64,000 bases of DNA from NCBI RefSeq assembly GCF_964355755.1, contig NC_092678.1, positions 11,530,352 to 11,594,351 of the forward strand. Reading direction: 5' to 3'. This DNA comes from Antedon mediterranea (lineage: Eukaryota; Animalia; Echinodermata). The translations under genes were made by a program, and so were the position numbers. The notes beneath the pieces were generated by a model. It was not told the DNA's origin and ran no database searches. It saw only the letters and a list, made by a program, of their open reading frames with translations. Positions 55,936 to 64,000 of this stretch are shown here, one piece after another (the first letter of the stretch is position 1; every line of letters starts with the position of its first letter).

Positions 55936-57244
55936 TTTTGGCTATTTTCTGCTCTGTACTATAATTATTTATCTATAGTACAGTATTGCCTTGTTGAATA
56001 TATTTCTGTGTAATTTGAAGGCGATTTTCAGAATTCTAAAGTGCCATCCCGACTGTTATTTTCAGTTTTAAAAAAAACAGAGCATCTAAGGTTACCTGAG
56101 GGGACACATCAGACCCAGCAAATTGTTCCTTTATTCAGACATTGTTGGCATAGGTGACAGATGGAGAAAGTACAGGCTCTGCACGTCATTTTCCCATTTA
56201 GTCTGGATCTGCCACTGAGCAGGTCACCATTTAAAGTTTTTGAAATGGTACACAATCAATGGAAATTTGAACAAATATCCGAGTGTAGGTTATGGCCTTA
56301 AGTACAAAATTTAAGGAGAAAATGAATGTCATTGTCAATGACTGTTGCCTATGGCAATATTGGTGTGAAGAAGTTCATTAGGCCTATCACCAATGAAAAC
56401 ATGCATAGCCAGAGAAAGTATCTTTATTATGAAGATCAATTTTTATATTACTACTTACAATTATATTACCATCTAAAGTACATGAATATAATTTTTTGTT
56501 TACTTTTTTTTTTTTTTAAGGAAAAATAATGTATTACAGGTTGAGTTAACTAATTGTCATACTCAAATGTGTTCCTTGTTCCCTTAATAGGTGATTGGCC
56601 ATAGTGTTAACAAAAATCACCAAGAAGCCAAAAGTTGTACAGTATTAATTTGTTAAACATGAATGAATGAAACATCAGCCTTTGATTGAATACAATTTAT
56701 CAAACAACAAGTTAAGGATCAGCTTAATTTAATAATTACCAAGAATCATGTGGAGGGATCACCTTAGAAGTCTCAATTACTGTACATCAAAGATATGATT
56801 GCAATCATAAATTCTCTATTATTGTGTAATGACATTACATAAAAATAAAGAATTTAATATTTAGTAAAAGAATAATTTTGTAGATAATATTACTGTGCAG
56901 TAATTTGGTTGGATCATCCACTATATTTCTCTCCATGCGTGTATTCAGACAACTCGACAACTCCCTGGTTTAAAGTACTGAGCCAATAACATTATTTTAA
57001 ACCCATTAACTTTGCTACAATAAAAAATACCAGGTTGTACTTGGATTGTATTTGTATATGTGTTTCATTAATATAAAAGTAAAAGTTTGACTATGTTGGG
57101 ACATTAAAATTGTCTTGTAATATGTACTGATATGTCAGTACATTATGAAAAATACATACATACAGTACTGTGTATAAATAAATATCATAGTTTAGTGTAC
57201 TGTACACTATGCTACATTGTGATTTTTTTTATTATTTTCAGAAG

Positions 57245-59317
57245 ATGGCAAGCTTCAATCTCTGCATGTTACTTATGATATGCTCGTTATCAGCAGCTCA
57301 AGAGACAACATTGCCACCTGCAACACTACAATCAAATTGCCCAAACTTGTGTACTTGTAATAATGTAGCACAGATAGTTGATTGTTCTTCTGCTGGTTTC
57401 AACACCGTTCCAACAGGTATTTCCGAATACACAAATACATTAATTCTTGATGGCAATGATTTCAGCTCTCTCACGGTTGGTTCTTTTGCTCAGGTTCCAA
57501 ATCTTAACCGATTATCTTTAAAGAGTTGCAACATTGAAGAGATTGAGGATGGTGCATTTGATGGTTTGCGAAACCTACAAACCTTAGAAATACAACAAAA
57601 TAGGATAACTACGTTTAACAATGTGTTGAATAGTCTTTTAAAACTGAAAGTTTTGAAAGTCAGTCAGAATAAGTTAACAATACTTGATAAATCTATGTTT
57701 GAAAATCTTCGAGAATTGGAAATATTTGAAGCACATAATAATGATATATCTTTGATTGAACCGCAAACATTTCAAGATTCTCCACAACTCACGCATCTTT
57801 ACCTACCCAACTGCAATCTGGAAAACCTTAATGAAAATACTTTCAAAAATCTCATTAACCTTATTCACTTGGATATCAGTGGAAATCAAAACAGAAATCT
57901 TGGCGCCAATATCTTTAAGGAAATGCTGCAATTAAGATATTTGTACCTTTCAAACATGGAAATAGAATCATTAAATACAGATACTTTTGCACAGTTAACC
58001 AATCTCCAAGTTTTGAGTTTAAACAACAATTACCTAAGGACTGTTTCACGGGAAATGTTTGTGGATTTGACAAACTTAAATTACTTGCTTTTAGAAGATA
58101 ATCAATGGAACTGTACGTGTTCATTACATGATTTTCGCACGTGGGAGCGGCTCAATGCAATCAGCGCAGACTATCCATGGCGATGTCACGATCCTGAATT
58201 TCTCAGAAATTCGATTGCTTTAAATGTTGATGAGCAGCAATTTGGATGTGAACCTTGGATCTACAAATTACAGTTTGAAAACTTTGTTGGTAGCTCTGTT
58301 GATTTGGGGAAATCAGTGATATTGATTTGTGAGGCTGTAGGAGATCCTATGCCAACATATGAATGGACTGGACCGGATACGATGCCTATAACCACAACTA
58401 ATAATGAGCAACACATATACATCGTTAGTAATCGACTCATTATCAATTCTGTAGTTTTTAAGGATGAGGGAATTTATAAGTGTACTGCAGTAAATACGAA
58501 AGGAACACACACACAAGAGTTTTCATTGGCAGTTTCTGGAACGATCACTGAACCTCCAATACAGCAATGTCCACTTGCTATAATTAATGTTGAAACAGAT
58601 ACAGTGACAGACACTACTGTTACACTAAGGTGGACTCGATCATTTGGAGAAAATGCAATTGGTTATTCAGTTACGAGGAATGTTTTTGGTGATTTAAATT
58701 CAATTGAAACAGCATTTTTAAGCAATATTGAAACAGAGCAAGTGACAATCGATAACCTGTTCTCGGGGACAGCTTACTTGATATGTGTTTCTGTATATTT
58801 AACTGGAGGCTGTCCAAGTATCACTACAAATGATCAATGTAAACAAATACGTACTACAGGCCTTGATGAAAATGACCAAGAGTTGGATTCTATTGAACAA
58901 AAACATACAAATGAATTAATTGGCGCTGCAATTGCCACCTTTCTTGGGACTTTGCTTGTTTTAGCTTCAATATTCATCATCATTTGGAGATATAAAATGC
59001 CAAGAGAATTCACTAAGTATGATTTTAAAATTACCGACGACACAACACAATTTGCAAACATGGGTGATATGCCAGAAACATCAACTGGATTTCATGATTA
59101 TGGAGAAAATGACAAGAATGTGACACTAGTTGCATCATTTAATAATGCGGGGTATGATGGTAATGTTGAAGCACCAAATGAACAACCAGGCAGGCTGGTC
59201 ACTGGAGAAAATGTTGCTGGAGGAAATGATGAAATCATACACAAAAATGGGATAGCAAAAGCAAGTTCTAACAAGGGAAAGAAAACAAATGGGATAAGTG
59301 TAAAGCTAGGGACATAG
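57245..59317 (+). CDS. LRR-Ig-FN3 type I transmembrane protein (LRFN/SALM-, LRIT- or LRRN-like), single coding exon, 690 aa
   Basis: ATG at 57245 just after the acceptor ttattttcag (57241). Signal peptide MASFNLCMLLMICSLSAA, LRRNT (CPNLCTC...VDCS), about 9-10 LRRs, LRRCT (NQWNCTC...WRCHDPE...FGC), Ig (LICEAVGDPMPTYEW...DEGIYKCTAVN), FN3 (VTLRW...GTAYLICV), TM (LIGAAIATFLGTLLVLASIFIIIW), cytoplasmic tail. Confidence 0.92.
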   Translation: MASFNLCMLLMICSLSAAQETTLPPATLQSNCPNLCTCNNVAQIVDCSSAGFNTVPTGISEYTNTLILDGNDFSSLTVGSFAQVPNLNRLSLKSCNIEEIEDGAFDGLRNLQTLEIQQNRITTFNNVLNSLLKLKVLKVSQNKLTILDKSMFENLRELEIFEAHNNDISLIEPQTFQDSPQLTHLYLPNCNLENLNENTFKNLINLIHLDISGNQNRNLGANIFKEMLQLRYLYLSNMEIESLNTDTFAQLTNLQVLSLNNNYLRTVSREMFVDLTNLNYLLLEDNQWNCTCSLHDFRTWERLNAISADYPWRCHDPEFLRNSIALNVDEQQFGCEPWIYKLQFENFVGSSVDLGKSVILICEAVGDPMPTYEWTGPDTMPITTTNNEQHIYIVSNRLIINSVVFKDEGIYKCTAVNTKGTHTQEFSLAVSGTITEPPIQQCPLAIINVETDTVTDTTVTLRWTRSFGENAIGYSVTRNVFGDLNSIETAFLSNIETEQVTIDNLFSGTAYLICVSVYLTGGCPSITTNDQCKQIRTTGLDENDQELDSIEQKHTNELIGAAIATFLGTLLVLASIFIIIWRYKMPREFTKYDFKITDDTTQFANMGDMPETSTGFHDYGENDKNVTLVASFNNAGYDGNVEAPNEQPGRLVTGENVAGGNDEIIHKNGIAKASSNKGKKTNGISVKLGT

Positions 59318-61389
59318 TTGTTTTTAAAATAAAAGTATTTTTTTATAATTTTTATACACTGTACAATTAACGTGGATTGTCTAAATATACCTTGAAAAAA
59401 ATAACTGTATATTATAAACTATATATTATTTTGTATTAGTACTGTACACAGTATGATAACTTTAGTACGTGGTATTAATACTATTATCGCTGTAGGTCAA
59501 AGTCTTAAGATAAACTATTAAAAACATGAAAATAAGTTGTGAATCAAATATTGTAAAAACTATATTGATAGAAAGACATACTCATGTACTGTAATTGAAC
59601 ATCATGTTACCTCGGTTTACTTTCATGATGTCCATGTCAGATAAACAACAACCTGCTACTGTAATGAATGCCAATCAATGACACCACATGACCAGTGTAT
59701 GTTATTAGACATTTATAAGCGGAGGTCTAAGTGCAAAAGAAGCGCTAAGTATTGTTGTACTGTTGCAAATTTACTGCAGTCATCTTCAAATCCAAGATGA
59801 CGGCCATTTCTGATCACAAATACTGTATATATGTATATCAAAATATTTCTTTTATATTTTCTCAAAAAATATTCTACTATATGATAGAAATAATATGTAG
59901 ATAGAGGATTGTGTACGAATTTGACTGGAAATACCATTTACTGTACATGTATGTCAGTTTTGCATAATATAAATGGCATAAGAGGCATTTCTGCACAAAA
60001 AGCATATATAGCACATTAGAGATCTTCTGATTTTTTTTAAAACCCCCTATAACAACCCCTTATAACAACCCCCTATAACAACCCCCTATAACCAGTAATT
60101 GAAATATAATTGTTAACCTTATTTGCATATTTTACTTTTATCTAATTTGCATATGTTCTAGGGTATAACAAAGGTGTGATTTGTGGAATTGTATCTCATC
60201 ATCATAATGTCTTCAATTAAAAACAAAGACGCTTTGTTTTTAGCTTATTCAACTTCAAATGATTGCCTGGACTATTATTAGTAAAATTTGATGATTTTAT
60301 GCAATTCAAATTTTGTATATTCCATACTTATTTAATACAAAGAAAATTTAATTATCAAATAAAACCATTAAAAAAATCTTACAGGTTAAAAAAGTGAAAA
60401 ATCACTTTTAAAAATGGGTGAACAGCACCCTTAACCTTCATTTTTTTTAAATCAAAAAACGTTTCCTAAACTTAACTGGTTATAACTTTTTAGCCTTACA
60501 CAGAAACTTGTAATCAACATATAATTTCATTTACTATAATAGTTTTTCAGAAAATGTGAAAAAAAATATTTTGTGTTGTAAATGGCACAGCCCAAAAAAG
60601 ATGCTAAAAAGTAATCTTTTTGGTTCAATTAAAACTATTTAGTGAAAAGTATTACACACAATTCATATTGTATTGCAAAGATAATCTTAATAGCTATCTT
60701 TTAATAAAATACATGCAGTAAATTATTGAGTTATGAACACCAATAGGCCATCTGGGATTTGAGGATGAAAGCAGTAAATTTGAAATGCTACACCTCCTGA
60801 ATTATTGTTCCTGAGGGTTTAGGCTAACTTGGTCTACTACTGTACAGTACTGTAAGTTTGTGCTTCGATCAGTGCTATTAATGTGATCATTGTAAAATTC
60901 AAGGAATATACTACTGAATTTTTACAAATCAATTTTTATTATTATTTTGTTATTAATTGAATGTATTTAATATTTACAATTTAAAACAGAAATATTGAAA
61001 TGCCCGAGGAAGTAAAAAAATATATTGCAAACCAACACTCAAACTTGGGTAATGTTTTTGCTACTGTATATAGACGCCCTACAATTAGATCAACTCATTT
61101 AGATTGTTACATATTTCATGTTAATCTTATTGCAAAATTGTTTAAAGAAATATTAAATGATCTGTTTTTTTGTTGGTTCTGGTACATTTTTATATTTTGT
61201 GATCTTTTAATGGCATATTTTTATTGATTAAACAATTGATTAACAAGACACGTCATATTGTAAGGTATTTGTATACTGTAAAACCTCGTTTTTATTACTC
61301 TTGAGTGGGCTTCTTTTCAAGATGAGCTTCTTTTCAAGATGAGCTTCTTTTCAAGATTACTTTTGCAAACTAAATGACTGTAAATTTTG

Positions 61390-63290
61390 TACCATCTACA
61401 GATGGTTCTTGAATACAAACAAAAACAGAAGTGTCCCCTTAATTGGGGTATTCAGAAATAAAGAACAATTAAAATGTAATTTTTCTTTATTTCTGAATAC
61501 CCCAATTAGGGGGACACTTCCGTTTTTGACTCAGGAAATTGAGGAGAAATGGAAATTTAACTATGGGGATTGGGCAGTGGTGATAAAACCGCAGTAATAA
61601 AGTTGATTGTATTTATACAGCATAAGAACCACACTAAATAAATACAGTAAAACATTCGGTGATCGGAACGCTAGCTCTTATTTAATAACAAATTAAACTG
61701 TACTCTGCCTCTTATTAAGCTAGGGATTATCAGACAGTTTGCTAAATATTTATTGCGAGTTATAACCATATATGGCATATTTATTCCTGGAAACATTTGT
61801 GTAAACAAAACAGGCCCACCAGACAACTGCGTACCTATTGTTTAGATCACTGGCAGTCAGCATGCATAATATAAAGTATATAGCCTTCCGACGTACATCA
61901 GTATTTATGTGTGGCTATGAAGTATAATGTATCATCACCAAAGCGGATTATAGTGACTATTAATACATTGCACTATTAAATATCTATGGTATAATGTACT
62001 GTAGTTTATATTATAGCATCTGATTTTTTTTTTCTAGACCACCAGCCGATACATTCACCTATTTACATTGGTATATTTAATTTCCTCAACAAATTGCTGT
62101 AAATAAATATAGATAGAGCTATAATATTAAGAATTGCATATTCCTTCACTCGCAGTGTGATTTTTTCGGGGCTTCTCTACGTACGTTCGCATTGAACTTG
62201 AACGCAAAACAAAATACCGAGTGAATGATCAAACAATCGTGGTTCCACACAGCACACGCGCAGCTAACAAACAGCAACAAATGTTCGTCCTTTAAATAGT
62301 TCACGTGTGTGATAGGAGAAAAAAAGTATGATCATTTTGCTCATTGGTAGCATGCTGCATGACAGTGTCTTTTCCCGCCAATTAGAGGTGCCTTATCATC
62401 AATATGTTATGTGCGAGAGTACCATTAACGGCTATCTAGAATTCGCTTCGCCTCAGGCCCGATCCACCGTCGTGGAGCGGGGTGGTGGTGGCGGTGTCAG
62501 TGTCCGAACTCCCCCTTGACAGATCCTGGCTACGGCCCTGAAAACTGGATCGAATTTCATGAGTCATGAGTACTGATTTGTTGACGCCTATGGTATCTAG
62601 ACTTATTTTTTTTTTTCGAAAATGTACGTACCTATCAGATACGCTTGTCTTGTGTCGTATAACAAACAAGTACAGTAATAGTTACTGAAGTTACTATTAC
62701 AACCTCGTCAATGAAAACACAAATATGTATATGCTTATTCACTTATTAAGAAAACGCATAGGGGTCTACTATAAAGTTTCGTTTGTCTGTAAAATGATGT
62801 AATCAAGCTGTTTAATATTACAGGAGAGTAATTAAAAACCAAATTGTAGTTGGAGAAAAGAAACTACGAAGAAGCATGACAGCCATTGGAGTTGGTGTTT
62901 GCCTTCCAATCCCAAGGTTCGGGGTTCAATCTTGACTTACTGCCATATATGGTTATAACTCGCACTCTTTCAACTGCACTCCCTGTGATTCTTCATTTCT
63001 AATCTAACCATTTGTCGAAATAATGCGCCCTTTATTTAAACGTATATTAAATCTATCAAAGATAGTACTTTTTTAAAAGAAAATCGGCCTGTTTTCAACA
63101 TATGCTGTACTCGAGCTGTTCAATCCTCGTATTATTGTATTATTGGACATCCATTAGACAGTGTATACCACGATCGGAAAACACTTTATTTGAGGCAAAT
63201 CGTTGAACCTAAATTCGTCAATAACTATTATCTATCTCAATTTAATTAGTAAACTGGGTTATATCAGGTGGTTAAAATCAGTACCCAAAT
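61390..63290 (-). mobile_element. Probable inverted relative of the 2975-4334 element
   Basis: 63035-63290 is the reverse complement of ~3000-3330; 61396-61416 CTACAGATGGTTCTTGAATAC is the reverse complement of 4270-4290; the middle is not obviously similar. Confidence 0.5.
61421..61527. repeat. ~107-bp inverted repeat (hairpin)
   Basis: GAAGTGTCCCCTTAATTGGGGTATTCAGAAATAAAGA ... TCTTTATTTCTGAATACCCCAATTAGGGGGACACTTC. Confidence 0.88.
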
Positions 63291-64000
63291 TATACGAATT
63301 ATTATTATTTTTTCTCTTTCGTGTGGTTAACCACCACCTTTATTCATTGAATGTCATAATTTTCACGCTGCTGCTCTAGCCCGCTACGTCACACGAGATG
63401 ACTCATTTATTAGATGAAATCAAGCAGCAGTTATAGTAGGCCTACTACACTTTGACATTTTTGCTAAAATGGAAACTCGACTATAATTTATAGGTACCAG
63501 CTGCATTTCTGGTATTTATGAGTCCCATGACAATACTGTATTTCGCTGTCAGATAATCATTGAATTATTATCAAAACAGTCCATGAAAGTTTTTGTTTGT
63601 AATATGATACTTCACACTTGGCGTGATGAAGTGACCCCCAGACTTGACCTTAGCAATAAAGTAAACTAAATTGAGTCTGTTTCATATCAAAGTTATTCAC
63701 TTCTGTAACAAAATTCACATTATAAAAGAGAAAAGAAACGTTTCATTATAACTCAAAAACCATTGTCTGACAGACAATTGAAATATTTTTTGCTTTTAAT
63801 TACATTTTTTTCAGGTAAAATAACTTTTATGTGACAATAAAATGACACATTCAAAAACAAATTTGAAATAAAAAATATTTTTCAGAGGGACAATATATCT
63901 TTAAAACTGTTACGTCAATAAGCGAGCAGCGTTTTTTGTAAGAAATATTTCTTGTTCTACCTCTTCTTTCCATAAAATACTCTGTTTCTGTATCTTCTTT

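Noticed and set aside
57209-57244. N-terminal extension MLHCDFFYYFQK of the LRR ORF
   Set aside because: It is a polypyrimidine tract and acceptor; the signal peptide starts at ATG 57245
59760-60790. Inverted pair (AAATTTACTGC...GATGACGGCC / GGCCATCTGGGATTTGAGGATG...GCAGTAAATTT)
   Set aside because: Probably a degraded DNA transposon; too diverged to delimit or classify

Overview
AT-rich, intron-rich animal (invertebrate-type) genomic DNA, not prokaryotic. Three blocks. (1) 454-42869 (+): most of a FANCD2 orthologue. I could chain 35 GT-AG coding exons in frame up to the stop codon; the 5' exons lie upstream of the window. The monoubiquitination lysine motif ([13 protein letters not shown]) is conserved. 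The introns hold minisatellites, a tRNA/Deu-domain SINE, MITEs, hairpin-ended Helentron/HINE-like elements and a very young Ty3/Gypsy LTR element. That element has lost integrase through an unusual junction containing 13 bp of its own outer flank. (2) ~44500-53450: a decayed BEL/Pao retrotransposon (-) carrying three nested DNA-type insertions, including a 2.47-kb Sola2-like foldback element. (3) 57245-59317 (+): a receptor with one coding exon and signal peptide-LRR-Ig-FN3-TM architecture. Most long ORFs in the supplied track are artefacts of tandem repeats. I see no clearly new biological system. The best leads are the templated LTR junction, tandem duplications that multiply FANCD2 splice donors, a Penelope-type hammerhead remnant and the self-nesting hairpin-ended element family. 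All coordinates were read by eye.
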